DNA from: a virus
Virus record (IMG/VR): IMGVR_UViG_3300032954_000010
Coordinates: 2,453-66,452 of that record
Strand: one strand, 5' to 3'
DNA: 64,000 bases
Position numbers and translations under genes: made by a program. Positions 1-8,455 of the stretch are shown one piece after another; the stretch's first letter is position 1; each line of letters begins with the position of its first letter. The notes under the pieces were generated by a model. The model did no database searches, had not been told where the DNA came from, and saw only the letters and a list, made by a program, of their open reading frames with translations.

Positions 1-451
1 TGGCACCATCCGCCACCTGTTTCTGCACGGCGGGATGCAGCTCATGCCAGTGCTTGCCCTTGAACAAATTATACGGAACGGTCTTGGCCGCGAGAGCGAA
101 ATGCTTGGCAAGCGAGTCGAGACCAACCGACAGATGATTGCCTAAAAGCAGTCGCGCCATGCTGAGCGTATCGAACCAGAATTTGGGTTTGATGTCGTAA
201 TGGTGCGAGAGGATCAAGCCGTCGAATTGTCCGTGATGACAAAGGACGGCATTATCTTCAAGCGCAATTTTGAAACCCGAATCGCCAAGTTCATCGCCAG
301 GAATCCAAACAGTTTTTGAATCTGGACGCCATTTTACAGCACAACCATGTGCTTCGAATCGTGTATCGCGAATGTAGGCTTCGGTCGTCATTTTCGACAA
401 CGTGTACTCGTCGTCGAAGTAGGTCTCGAAATCAAGCGTGATGATATTCAT
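1..451 (-). CDS. DNA polymerase family A, N-terminal 3'-5' exonuclease domain (runs off window)
   Basis: Manual translation MNIITLDFETYFDDEYTLSKMTTEAYIRD...HHGQFDGLIL...FDTLSMAR carries ExoI (DFET) and ExoII-like motifs; ATG overlaps the TGA of the upstream gene. Confidence 0.8.
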   Translation of the reverse strand, partial: MNIITLDFETYFDDEYTLSKMTTEAYIRDTRFEAHGCAVKWRPDSKTVWIPGDELGDSGFKIALEDNAVLCHHGQFDGLILSHHYDIKPKFWFDTLSMARLLLGNHLSVGLDSLAKHFALAAKTVPYNLFKGKHWHELHPAVQKQVADGA

Positions 452-801
452 TCAAACACAAGTCGATAACCGACGCCCCATACTGTCACTATTTTTATGT
501 TCAAGGGCTTTAATTTTTTACGAAGATTACATACAATAACATCGATCGTTTTTTCTTCGATTTCGCTATCATTACCCCAAACATTTGAAAAAATGGCATC
601 GCGCGTCGCTATTTTTGGAAAAATCTTAAATAGTGTTTCGAACATTAGTGCGTGTTGTACTGACAAACGTACAACTTTTTTATTGCGTTCGAGATGCAGC
701 AAATCAAACGTAACACCTTCTTTCGTTCGCGCATCTTCAAAAGGACGACCACACTCGCTGCAACATTTTTGTACACGAAAATCGCGTTGAACGTATGTCA
801 T
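448..801 (-). CDS. OmpR/PhoB-type winged-helix DNA-binding protein without receiver domain (CtrA-like)
   Basis: EKTIDVIVCNLRKKL...IVTVWGVGYRL; N-terminal CxxC. Confidence 0.8.
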   Translation of the reverse strand: MTYVQRDFRVQKCCSECGRPFEDARTKEGVTFDLLHLERNKKVVRLSVQHALMFETLFKIFPKIATRDAIFSNVWGNDSEIEEKTIDVIVCNLRKKLKPLNIKIVTVWGVGYRLVFE

Positions 802-802
802 T

Positions 803-1048
803 TTATGATTCCCAATCAAAATTTTTGCCCGAATTCAACTGCGCCTCGACACCGGCACAGGCCATGCGGAAACGTTGGAACACCCACGGCGCGACCTTGG
901 CAGGCTTGCGCCGCGTCGCATTGGGCGGCGACTGACCGAGCAACATCCAATACACACTACGCCGGCCGTAGCCGGTCAGCTCGGCCAATTGGTCGGCGGA
1001 CAAATTGCGTTTATTCATCCAGGCGCGGGCGCGTTCGTATTCGGTCAT
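803..1048 (-). CDS. Cro/XRE-like HTH regulator
   Basis: LSADQLAELTGYGRRSVYWML helix-turn-helix pattern. Confidence 0.65.
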   Translation of the reverse strand: MTEYERARAWMNKRNLSADQLAELTGYGRRSVYWMLLGQSPPNATRRKPAKVAPWVFQRFRMACAGVEAQLNSGKNFDWES

Positions 1049-1278
1049 GCGAAAGAAAATACACAGCGGCTTTTGCCTGTCAAGGTACTAAATCGTAATA
1101 CATGCAAAACGCAACAAAATTGCGCGTGTATTTCTTGACGGTTCCGTGACTTTGCGCGACCATCCGTTGCTTTGAAAAAGCCGCCCGGCTGGGGGCCAGG
1201 CGGCGAAGGCGGTCGTCACTGCGAGAGGTAACGGCTCGTATGGTGGCACGCCTGCCCAGCGAACGCAAGGGGTAGTCG

Positions 1279-3702
1279 GTGCTGCTCGATCACGCGCTCC
1301 AGTACGCCGGCCGCGGATGGCCCGTTTTTCCCCTATCACTGAGCAAGGTGCCATTTAAAGGCACGCACGGTCACCTCGACGCCTCGACGGATGTACAGAC
1401 TATCCACCGGCTCTGGAAAGGGCGCCCGAACGCCAATATTGGGCTTGCCACCGGGCGGATCGTCGTCATCGACCCGGACGGTCCCGAGGCATTCCAGCGC
1501 CTGGTGGCGATCGGCGTGCCGCACGGCGGCTGGCCGCGCACCCTGACCGCCAAGACGCCGCGGGGCGTCCATCTCTACTATCTGGCGCCGGACGGTATCG
1601 AGATACGATCCTACAACGAGCCGCGCGCCAAAAAGGGCGATCCCGGCATAGATATAAAAGGATCAGGCGGTTATGTCGTCTTGCCGCCAAGCAGGATCAA
1701 GAAAGGAACGGAATATTTTGAATATAAATGGCTTTTGGACGTTCCTGTAGTAACACTTCCGCAATTCGGTCTCGACTGGATCAATTCTCTGAAAGGCATT
1801 AAAGATCAAAATGTTAACAATGCTTTTTTGTCAACACCGTTACCGCATTATCTGGCCCAATCCAAGCTCAATACCCAACAAAATCAACAGACTATAACCA
1901 AACGTGCAAGTGCCGCGCTAGGTCCGGTCTGGAGCGAGCGAGAGGAGGCGCGTATCCGATCGGCGCTCGCCGCCATCCCGGCTGTCGGCTACGACCGCTG
2001 GGTGACGGTCGGCATGGCATTGCATTCCCTCGACTGGGACAGGCCGGACGGCACCTCCATCGGCTTCGAGCTGTTCGACGCCTGGAGCGCCAGCGCACCG
2101 GAGCTATACAGTCTCGACGGCACCGAGAAGAAATGGGCGTCGTTCGGCCGCAACGGGCGCGGCGGTGTCGGGCTCGGAACGCTTTACCATCTGGCCGAGC
2201 AGCACGGCTGGAATGGGCTGCTGCCACGTGCTGACGACGAACGGGAGGTGATGTCTCATTCCTCCGACACCGATGCCGGGCCAAATAAGAACGAGCCCCA
2301 TCCGGTATTCTCTACGCCGGGTGGGGCTTTGCTTAATGGGCAGTTCAATGGCGAGTATGCACTGCCCGACGAGCTGTCACGACCGGTCAACGACTCGCCG
2401 CTGATCGATCTCAACGCTCGCTATGCCTGCATCGGCGATCTCGGCGGCAAGTGCCTGGTGTTGGGCTGGGTGCCGTCCAAGGTCGACGACAGCATCAACG
2501 TGCCGTCGTTCCAATCGTTCAAGTCGTTCGCCGAGCGCTTCGCCAACCGCTACATCCGCGTGCGCAAACAGAAAGGCGAGGAGGAAGTCGAGGAGCCGGT
2601 ACAGATCGGCACCTACTGGCTGAAATGGCGGCGGCGCCGCTCATTCGAGGGCATCGATCTGGTGCCCAACGCGCCGGAGACCCTGCCGGGCAACATGCTC
2701 AATCTGTGGCAAGGCTTTGCTGTCAAGCCTGCGCCGGGCCGGTGGGAACGCATGCAGGCACACATCGCCGAGATACTCGCGGAAAGCAATGCCGATTGTC
2801 TCGATTACATCACGCGCTGGTCGGCCTGGGCGGTGCAGCATCCCGGCGAGCGCGCCGAGGTGGCGCTGGTATTTCGCGGCGACAAGGGCGCCGGCAAGGG
2901 CACGTTTGCGCACGCCCTGCGCCGCATGTTCGGTCAGCACGGCTTACATATTTCCAATGCCAAGCATCTCGTCGGCTCGTTCAACGCGCACTTGCGCAAC
3001 TGCTTGCTGCTCTACGCCGACGAGGCTTTCTGGGCTGGCGACAAGCAAGGCGAGTCGGTACTCAAGGCGCTGATCACCGAGCCGGTGCAGATGATCGAGC
3101 AAAAGGGCGTCGACGCGCAGCAGTGGAAGAACCGCGTGCATCTGATCATGACGGCAAACGCCGAGTGGGTGGTGCCGGCATCACATGACGAGCGGCGCTA
3201 TGCCGTGTTCAACGTGTCCAATCGGCGATTGAAGGATGAGAAATATTTTGCCGCGCTGTACAAGGAACTGCGCGAAGGCGGCTTGGCGGCGATGCTGCAC
3301 GATCTGATGCAAGTCGATCTCAAGGACTGGCACCCGCGCCGCATCCCCAATACGGAAGCGCTGCGCCAGCAAAAAGCGCGGTCGATGTCATTACAGGAAT
3401 CGTGGTGGGAGAGTCTGTTGCAGGAAGGCTGCATCCCGGCGGCGCCAAAGGACACGCCTGACATTGCGATGGCGCATTATCTAATGAACCATGCACGCGA
3501 CTTCGCGCCGCGTTTGAAAGATTTAAGCTCGGCCGCCCTTGGCCGGTTTTTGGCCGAGCATGGTTGCATCAAATTGCACCGCGCGACCGGCAACGCCTGG
3601 CGCTTCCCCGAGCTGCCGCAGGCAAGGGCGGCATGGGAGCGGCGTTACAATGGCTGGAGGTGGGAGATGCAGACCGAGCGGTGGAGCACGAAGCAGCAGT
3701 AA
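1279..3702 (+). CDS. Bifunctional primase-polymerase + PriCT-2 + D5-like/DUF5906 NTPase (primase-helicase)
   Basis: GWPVFPL, NANIGLATG, IDPD, TPRGVHLYY, GGYVVLPPS; YDRWVTVGMALH; Walker A GDKGAGKGT; ADEA; RRYAVF. Confidence 0.9.
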   Translation: MLLDHALQYAGRGWPVFPLSLSKVPFKGTHGHLDASTDVQTIHRLWKGRPNANIGLATGRIVVIDPDGPEAFQRLVAIGVPHGGWPRTLTAKTPRGVHLYYLAPDGIEIRSYNEPRAKKGDPGIDIKGSGGYVVLPPSRIKKGTEYFEYKWLLDVPVVTLPQFGLDWINSLKGIKDQNVNNAFLSTPLPHYLAQSKLNTQQNQQTITKRASAALGPVWSEREEARIRSALAAIPAVGYDRWVTVGMALHSLDWDRPDGTSIGFELFDAWSASAPELYSLDGTEKKWASFGRNGRGGVGLGTLYHLAEQHGWNGLLPRADDEREVMSHSSDTDAGPNKNEPHPVFSTPGGALLNGQFNGEYALPDELSRPVNDSPLIDLNARYACIGDLGGKCLVLGWVPSKVDDSINVPSFQSFKSFAERFANRYIRVRKQKGEEEVEEPVQIGTYWLKWRRRRSFEGIDLVPNAPETLPGNMLNLWQGFAVKPAPGRWERMQAHIAEILAESNADCLDYITRWSAWAVQHPGERAEVALVFRGDKGAGKGTFAHALRRMFGQHGLHISNAKHLVGSFNAHLRNCLLLYADEAFWAGDKQGESVLKALITEPVQMIEQKGVDAQQWKNRVHLIMTANAEWVVPASHDERRYAVFNVSNRRLKDEKYFAALYKELREGGLAAMLHDLMQVDLKDWHPRRIPNTEALRQQKARSMSLQESWWESLLQEGCIPAAPKDTPDIAMAHYLMNHARDFAPRLKDLSSAALGRFLAEHGCIKLHRATGNAWRFPELPQARAAWERRYNGWRWEMQTERWSTKQQ

Positions 3703-3709
3703 CTGCTCA

Positions 3710-3895
3710 TTAAGGATCGGCGGATATTCGGTTTATGACATACTCATTCAGCAAATTGGCAAGATCTTTCTGTGTTGACCTCAAAATATCGAGCTGTGCT
3801 CCATCAGTCGTGACAGCCTTATGGGCTGAAATCATATTTAGGATTGCACTGGCAAGCGCACCACCGGCTGTCGGGTCTTTCTGTGGTTCGTACAT
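3710..3895 (-). CDS. hypothetical protein
   Basis: 61-aa ORF with GGAGG RBS. Confidence 0.6.
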   Translation of the reverse strand: MYEPQKDPTAGGALASAILNMISAHKAVTTDGAQLDILRSTQKDLANLLNEYVINRISADP

Positions 3896-3933
3896 TTTCC
3901 CTCCAATCGTTTATAGCCCATCAACGCGGGCCT

Positions 3934-4092
3934 TTACCTCGTTCCTGATACTACCCTATCCGCAAGTCGAAGATCGGCTATTGCCTCCGCAATCAGTTTA
4001 CTAATTTCTTCTTGCGAGGCGTCTTGCAGCGTTTTTCCCTCGGCTTGGAGCTGCGCCATCACACAGACCATAACCATGTTCTTATCAATCAT
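3934..4092 (-). CDS. hypothetical protein (array gene)
   Basis: MIDKNMVMV...; ATG 7 nt after upstream TAG. Confidence 0.55.
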   Translation of the reverse strand: MIDKNMVMVCVMAQLQAEGKTLQDASQEEISKLIAEAIADLRLADRVVSGTR

Positions 4093-4099
4093 CTGCGGC

Positions 4100-4510
4100 C
4101 TATTTTGACTGGCGAGACAAAACATCATCTCGCATTTGCAGTGAGAGTGTTTTCCCCGCCTCCTCGACTTTGCGCAGCCGCTCGATCTCATTAGCGGCAG
4201 TCTCGCAAATTTCGTATGGTACGACGGCGCCGTTGTTGTGTTTCTTCGGCCACTCTGGGCCGAAAGCTCGTAGTCGTTCTACTATATCCGTCATCTTACG
4301 TGCCTCGTCCTCTGATTTATGGGCAACATTAAGCATGTCTTTTTTGTTCATCGTATCCACAATGCGTTGCGTCTGCTCTCTAACAAACTGTTCGTGCTCT
4401 TTGGTGTGGGGCGCGGAGAACGGGAAGGCGTCGCACACCCGAACGCCATCGCGTAAGATGCTTAGATAGCCGCCGTGCTTGCCGTAAGTATTATCGTGAA
4501 GCTGCCACAT
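4100..4510 (-). CDS. hypothetical protein (possible fusion of two array genes; internal MTDIVERLR)
   Basis: ORF track; GGAG upstream; ends in TAG. Confidence 0.6.
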   Translation of the reverse strand: MWQLHDNTYGKHGGYLSILRDGVRVCDAFPFSAPHTKEHEQFVREQTQRIVDTMNKKDMLNVAHKSEDEARKMTDIVERLRAFGPEWPKKHNNGAVVPYEICETAANEIERLRKVEEAGKTLSLQMRDDVLSRQSK

Positions 4511-4664
4511 CGAAAGTGCTCCCGTTAACCGAGATTACCCGTCCATCACTAAGCATGATTTCGGCTAGTCGCTCGTCAATCCAGCGCTGAAATACCGCGC
4601 CCTGAGCGACATAATTGTGCCACCAAACGACGAGATTCCCGCGCTTTAGGTCTGACTTTTTCAT
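4491..4664 (-). CDS. hypothetical protein (array gene, 57 aa)
   Basis: Manual translation MKKSDLKRGNLVVWWHNY...DVAASR*. Confidence 0.55.
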   Translation of the reverse strand: MKKSDLKRGNLVVWWHNYVAQGAVFQRWIDERLAEIMLSDGRVISVNGSTFDVAASR

Positions 4665-4672
4665 AGTGGCCT

Positions 4673-4840
4673 CTATCTCGTTTTTGACTGTGGCTGCTTT
4701 TCAGGTCGGCGGTCGGCGCAGTCAGGACATTGGACGGCGTAAGGTTCCCAATCGGCGTCATAGACGACATAGCCGCGCCCCTCGCACGTTTTGCAATAGA
4801 GCGGGTTGGGGATCATCTCGGGCTGCGCTTCGTGGGGCAT
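4673..4840 (-). CDS. small zinc-finger protein (array gene, 55 aa)
   Basis: Manual translation MPHEAQPEMIPNPLYCKTCEGRGYVV...QCPDC...; ends in TAG. Confidence 0.65.
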   Translation of the reverse strand: MPHEAQPEMIPNPLYCKTCEGRGYVVYDADWEPYAVQCPDCADRRPEKQPQSKTR

Positions 4841-4845
4841 CGGGG

Positions 4846-5028
4846 CTATTTTGCCTTAAAAACGGTTGCGTTGTCTTGGTATGCGGCGGCAACGCTTCCA
4901 GTTAGCGCCGCCATGTTAAGCAGTGCGACGCTTTCTGCATAGTTGCCATCCTTCGTCGCCGCATCAGCAGCCTCACGGAGACGCTTTGTCGCGTTCTCCC
5001 AGACCTTTGAATGTTCGTGTGCTGTCAT
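4846..5028 (-). CDS. hypothetical protein (array gene)
   Basis: MTAHEHSKVW...; ends in TAG. Confidence 0.6.
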   Translation of the reverse strand: MTAHEHSKVWENATKRLREAADAATKDGNYAESVALLNMAALTGSVAAAYQDNATVFKAK

Positions 5029-5036
5029 GGCGGGCT

Positions 5037-5204
5037 CTATATCCAGAGATCGTAAACTATATATGCGGCGAACGCGCAAAGACCCGCCAGCATTCCGGCC
5101 ATTCCAATAAAAAACACGTAACCGAAGCCTAATGGCATTCCTATTGCAGCAGTCGGGCCTGCAATCATCAATTCCGTTAGAATAATTTTTTCGACGGTCG
5201 TCAT
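5037..5204 (-). CDS. small membrane protein (array gene, 55 aa)
   Basis: Manual translation MTTVEKIILTELMIAGPTAAIGMPLGFGYVFFIGMAGMLAGLCAFAAYIVYDLWI*; hydrophobic; ends in TAG. Confidence 0.6.
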   Translation of the reverse strand: MTTVEKIILTELMIAGPTAAIGMPLGFGYVFFIGMAGMLAGLCAFAAYIVYDLWI

Positions 5205-5211
5205 AACCGGC

Positions 5212-5490
5212 CTATCGCTCCAGAACTGGAGTTTCGCTCAGAGCGTCGATCATATTGAGAAGATCAAGCCCTTTCGCAATGCGCTTTGCCTCTTCCAGGC
5301 CGTCTGTGATGCAAACGGTGAAATATTCACCGGAGTAGCAAACACCTTCCTTACCGCGGTCTGGATTGGGGCCAAGCACGGCGAAATGAAATTCACTACG
5401 CTGCTCAACCACATGGCGTTTACGCACCACCTGATAGTGCGTCGCCTTGTGCTGCTTGGGATTGGCTTCCTTGATGGCGGCAACTGACAT
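5212..5490 (-). CDS. hypothetical protein (first gene of left array arm)
   Basis: MSVAAIKEANPKQ...; AAGGGAG RBS; ends in TAG. Confidence 0.65.
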   Translation of the reverse strand: MSVAAIKEANPKQHKATHYQVVRKRHVVEQRSEFHFAVLGPNPDRGKEGVCYSGEYFTVCITDGLEEAKRIAKGLDLLNMIDALSETPVLER

Positions 5491-5521
5491 GGCCCGTCTC
5501 CCTTTTGATGACCGTATATAG

Positions 5522-5555
5522 GCACAGTCAATTTGACTTGTCAAGTAACCTGTGC
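5522..5555. promoter_or_regulatory. 34-bp imperfect palindrome with back-to-back -35 boxes (divergent promoter/operator)
   Basis: GCACAG-tcaat-TTGAC-tt-GTCAA-gtaac-CTGTGC; both inverted pairs share one centre (5538/5539). Confidence 0.7.
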
Positions 5556-5570
5556 TACCCGTATTCGCGA

Positions 5571-6137
5571 ATGAGCACAAAGCCCAATATTCGATCCCTC
5601 TGCCATCCCGTCGCCCGACTTGGCGAGGCGGCTCAACTCGCCGCGCTTACCGGGGAAATCTACTATTTCAAGGATCGAAAAGAGCTAATCCGCTCGATCC
5701 GGCCCGGAACAATCATCGAGGTGGTCGAGGCGTATCTGCTGGCGACAGACGGCGGACGGTCGGATTCACGAAAGCGTGACTGGCTGAAAACTGTAGACGA
5801 GATCGAGGACAAGGGCGGCATCATTGTCGAGATGCGGACAGGACTGCGCTCCGATAAGCCCAAGGAATGGCGGCAAGTGCAGGCAATGGCCTTTGAGCAA
5901 ATCGCCCGTTCCGGCAAGGGCCGCAATTCATCGGCCAACGGCAAGCTATCGAAGGGTGCCCCGCGCTGGAACCCGACGCCAGAGCAACGGGACGTGGCGG
6001 AGCGGCAATGGTTCAGCCGAAAGCACAAAACCGATGATGAGCGCATGGCCGCAATTCAGGATAAACTAGGGAAGTCCGCGCCGAGCCGGACGACAATGCG
6101 AAAGTATTTTGGCTCGCCATACGCGACCAGGAACTAG
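5571..6137 (+). CDS. degenerate serine-resolvase-fold protein with C-terminal HTH-like segment, catalytic motifs absent
   Basis: AQLAAL...DRKELIRSIRPGTIIEVVEAYLLA...DWLKTVDEIEDKGG follows the resolvase pattern but lacks YARVS and DRL; C-terminal PSRTTMRKYF. Confidence 0.55.
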   Translation: MSTKPNIRSLCHPVARLGEAAQLAALTGEIYYFKDRKELIRSIRPGTIIEVVEAYLLATDGGRSDSRKRDWLKTVDEIEDKGGIIVEMRTGLRSDKPKEWRQVQAMAFEQIARSGKGRNSSANGKLSKGAPRWNPTPEQRDVAERQWFSRKHKTDDERMAAIQDKLGKSAPSRTTMRKYFGSPYATRN

Positions 6138-6154
6138 AACAGCAGGAGATTTTT

Positions 6155-6331
6155 ATGAACCGACGAGAATTGCACGTAGCGGCGCGTTTGATATTTGCGG
6201 CGCAATGGGGGCCTTCCGGGTTCAAATATTCTACGAATCGCCGTTCAGATTGGCGCTCTAAGGATGCGCGCCGCGCCGTCGAATATCTTGCGACCAAATA
6301 TGATTTAGTCCGAAAAACAAAGAACCCGTAG
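6155..6331 (+). CDS. hypothetical protein (array gene, 58 aa)
   Basis: Manual translation MNRRELHVAARLIF...KTKNP*; AGGAG RBS; ends in TAG. Confidence 0.6.
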   Translation: MNRRELHVAARLIFAAQWGPSGFKYSTNRRSDWRSKDARRAVEYLATKYDLVRKTKNP

Positions 6332-6340
6332 GAGTTTGGC

Positions 6341-6745
6341 GTGGCAAAGACGGCTGACGATATCATGAACAAGATGGGTTTTCCTGCGAGCGAGCAAGGC
6401 CACTACGTCACGTTGCTTCGCGCTAGCATCGAACGCCAAGTGCGGGATCACGGGCTTGCCGGCGCGAGCTACGGTTCCTGGGCCGGCAACCCAGATGCGG
6501 AGGAACGCGCGCGGGCCTTCTTGGAAGTAGAATGGGCTATCGCACACGGGCACTCATATCAAACGGAATGCCTAGACGACTTTCCTATCAACCGTTATTT
6601 CAGCACGCGCGATATGCGCTGGCACTACGAGTTCAAGCCGTGTCGCATCGCGCCGTGGCTGCGCGATCAATGGCGCGTGCTTTGGTTTCACTTTCGGGTG
6701 ACGCGCGACCGGCTGCTAGGTCGCACCAATCCGTTCGCAAATTAG
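6341..6745 (+). CDS. hypothetical protein (array gene)
   Basis: ORF track; TAGGAG junctions on both sides. Confidence 0.65.
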   Translation: MAKTADDIMNKMGFPASEQGHYVTLLRASIERQVRDHGLAGASYGSWAGNPDAEERARAFLEVEWAIAHGHSYQTECLDDFPINRYFSTRDMRWHYEFKPCRIAPWLRDQWRVLWFHFRVTRDRLLGRTNPFAN

Positions 6746-6754
6746 GAGGAATTG

Positions 6755-6979
6755 ATGCCTAGCAATATGCCGCCAGGATATAGCGATGAAGGTAATGCGC
6801 CGCCCGAGCGCGGAGAAGAAACAATGCTCTATGAAGAATTGCGCGGTCTGTTCGATAAATACCGCGCATGGCTAACCAAGAATTTGGAAGATTTTTGGAC
6901 AGTCGAAGATCAGACGGCCGCCGCGAACATCTGCAACGAGATGGAAAAATTACTCGTCAGCATGGAGGGTCCACTTTGA
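6755..6979 (+). CDS. hypothetical protein (array gene)
   Basis: MPSNMPPGYSD...; AGGAGG RBS. Confidence 0.65.
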   Translation: MPSNMPPGYSDEGNAPPERGEETMLYEELRGLFDKYRAWLTKNLEDFWTVEDQTAAANICNEMEKLLVSMEGPL

Positions 6980-7158
6980 AAATTAAATATTGGTGGTCAG
7001 AAGATCGAACGTGGTTTTGCATTCTTATCGATGATGGTGTCAGTAAAGCAACTGTCAGCTTGACTCCATCGGAGGCTGGCGACTTGGGCGCGGAAGCTAT
7101 TGCGCCGCCAACAAACGCCGAAACCTTGGCCGTTCTCGCAAATACATTGAATACTTAG
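6976..7158 (+). CDS. hypothetical protein (array gene)
   Basis: TTG start overlaps upstream TGA, GGAGG upstream; ends in TAG. Confidence 0.55.
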   Translation: MKIKYWWSEDRTWFCILIDDGVSKATVSLTPSEAGDLGAEAIAPPTNAETLAVLANTLNT

Positions 7159-7160
7159 GA

Positions 7161-7367
7161 GTGTCGGCGGTGCTGATCAATCTATATATGAAAGTGTTGC
7201 GCTGGCGATGGGAAAGGTTGACGCGCACGACGATGCGTTCGGGCTTCGCCTATCTATACATGAGTCATTATCTTAATGAGGAGTGGGAGAAATGCATCGC
7301 AGACCCAATCCTGCGATCAAAACTCGGAATTGAAGTCCGCAATAATCCGAACGCAACTTGCTTTTAG
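7161..7367 (+). CDS. hypothetical protein (array gene)
   Basis: ORF track; ends in TAG. Confidence 0.55.
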   Translation: MSAVLINLYMKVLRWRWERLTRTTMRSGFAYLYMSHYLNEEWEKCIADPILRSKLGIEVRNNPNATCF

Positions 7368-7379
7368 GGAGAGTTTGAC

Positions 7380-7544
7380 GTGGCTCATTGGCGCAAGTGC
7401 TCAAAGTGTGGACAAGATTTTCAGGTGAGCTATGCCACGCCTGGGAGTTCTAAATCGCCAATGTGCGAATCGTGCCTCGTAGATGAACTTGAAAATTATC
7501 CAGTCTTGCCGCCGCGCGTTCGGCGTAGGACGGAGACAAATTAG
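7380..7544 (+). CDS. small zinc-finger protein (array gene, 54 aa)
   Basis: Manual translation MAHWRKCSKCGQDF...MCESCLV...; ends in TAG. Confidence 0.6.
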   Translation: MAHWRKCSKCGQDFQVSYATPGSSKSPMCESCLVDELENYPVLPPRVRRRTETN

Positions 7545-7553
7545 GAGAATCCA

Positions 7554-7748
7554 ATGCTTGAGATAGATCGCAAAGCGCAGCACCGATTGATGGCACTCGA
7601 TGCCACCAACAAAATTCAAGAGGCGGTCGGCCTCGACGACAAGTGGAAGGGACTAATTGAGAACACGATCTATACGCTGTGCGAGGACTGCTACCGGCGC
7701 GGCGTTCAATATCCGCCGCTAATCATTCCGCCGCGCGCTTACCGTTGA
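7554..7748 (+). CDS. hypothetical protein (array gene)
   Basis: ORF track; AGGAG RBS. Confidence 0.65.
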   Translation: MLEIDRKAQHRLMALDATNKIQEAVGLDDKWKGLIENTIYTLCEDCYRRGVQYPPLIIPPRAYR

Positions 7749-7765
7749 AACTTTAGGAGTTTGCC

Positions 7766-8077
7766 ATGACGGACATTTCTGGTTGGCCAGAGACGGTCCA
7801 CATAATGAAAACGCTGGACCGCAATCCCTGGACCGGCGAAGAACGAGATTTCCCAGTCGAGCGCATCATGGTGCCGCTGAACGAATATCAAATGGGCAAT
7901 CTGATCGACGCAATCTCGCAAGCAGAAGATAATGGCGATTGGTTCGGAGAGTTTTGCGCCATTGTGGCCCGGGCCATGCAGGTCGCCGGCATCAAGCAGC
8001 TAACAAGCAATCGGGGTCGCACCTTTACTTTTGAAGACGTGGCCTGCGGCAGAATCCGCAAATCGACTGACATTTAA
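7766..8077 (+). CDS. hypothetical protein (array gene)
   Basis: ORF track; AGGAG RBS. Confidence 0.65.
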   Translation: MTDISGWPETVHIMKTLDRNPWTGEERDFPVERIMVPLNEYQMGNLIDAISQAEDNGDWFGEFCAIVARAMQVAGIKQLTSNRGRTFTFEDVACGRIRKSTDI

Positions 8078-8087
8078 GGAGAATCCG

Positions 8088-8447
8088 GTGCGCGTGATCG
8101 TCTGTGGCAGTAGGAATTGGGGCGAGTATCCCGATCAGCGCGAGAAGATTTACGCTGCGCTCGACGCTATCCATGCCGAGACGCCAATCACGTTCCTGTG
8201 GCACGGCAACGCGAAGGGCGTTGATACTGTCGCCGGAACATGGGGCGAGATCAAGCAAACGATCTGCGTCTGTCCGGTCCCTGCCGAATGGTCTAAGTAT
8301 GGCGATCGCGCGGGGCCGATCAGGAACAAAAACATGCTCGGGCAGGGAATTGATTTGGTGATCGCCTTTCCTGGCGGTAAGGGCACCACGAATATGATCG
8401 CGCAAGCGAAGCGAGCTGGCGTTCCCGTTAAGCAGATAGCAACTTAG
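8088..8447 (+). CDS. SLOG/DUF2493 (YspA-like) family protein
   Basis: VIVCGSRNW, HGNAKGVD, AEWSKYGDRAGPIRNKNML, IAFPGGKGTTNM. Confidence 0.85.
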   Translation: MRVIVCGSRNWGEYPDQREKIYAALDAIHAETPITFLWHGNAKGVDTVAGTWGEIKQTICVCPVPAEWSKYGDRAGPIRNKNMLGQGIDLVIAFPGGKGTTNMIAQAKRAGVPVKQIAT

Positions 8448-8455
8448 GAGCGGCC

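Noticed and set aside
4525-4538. TTAA-CCGAGA-TTAC as a CtrA box
   Set aside because: The spacer is 6 nt rather than 7, and the site lies inside a coding region.
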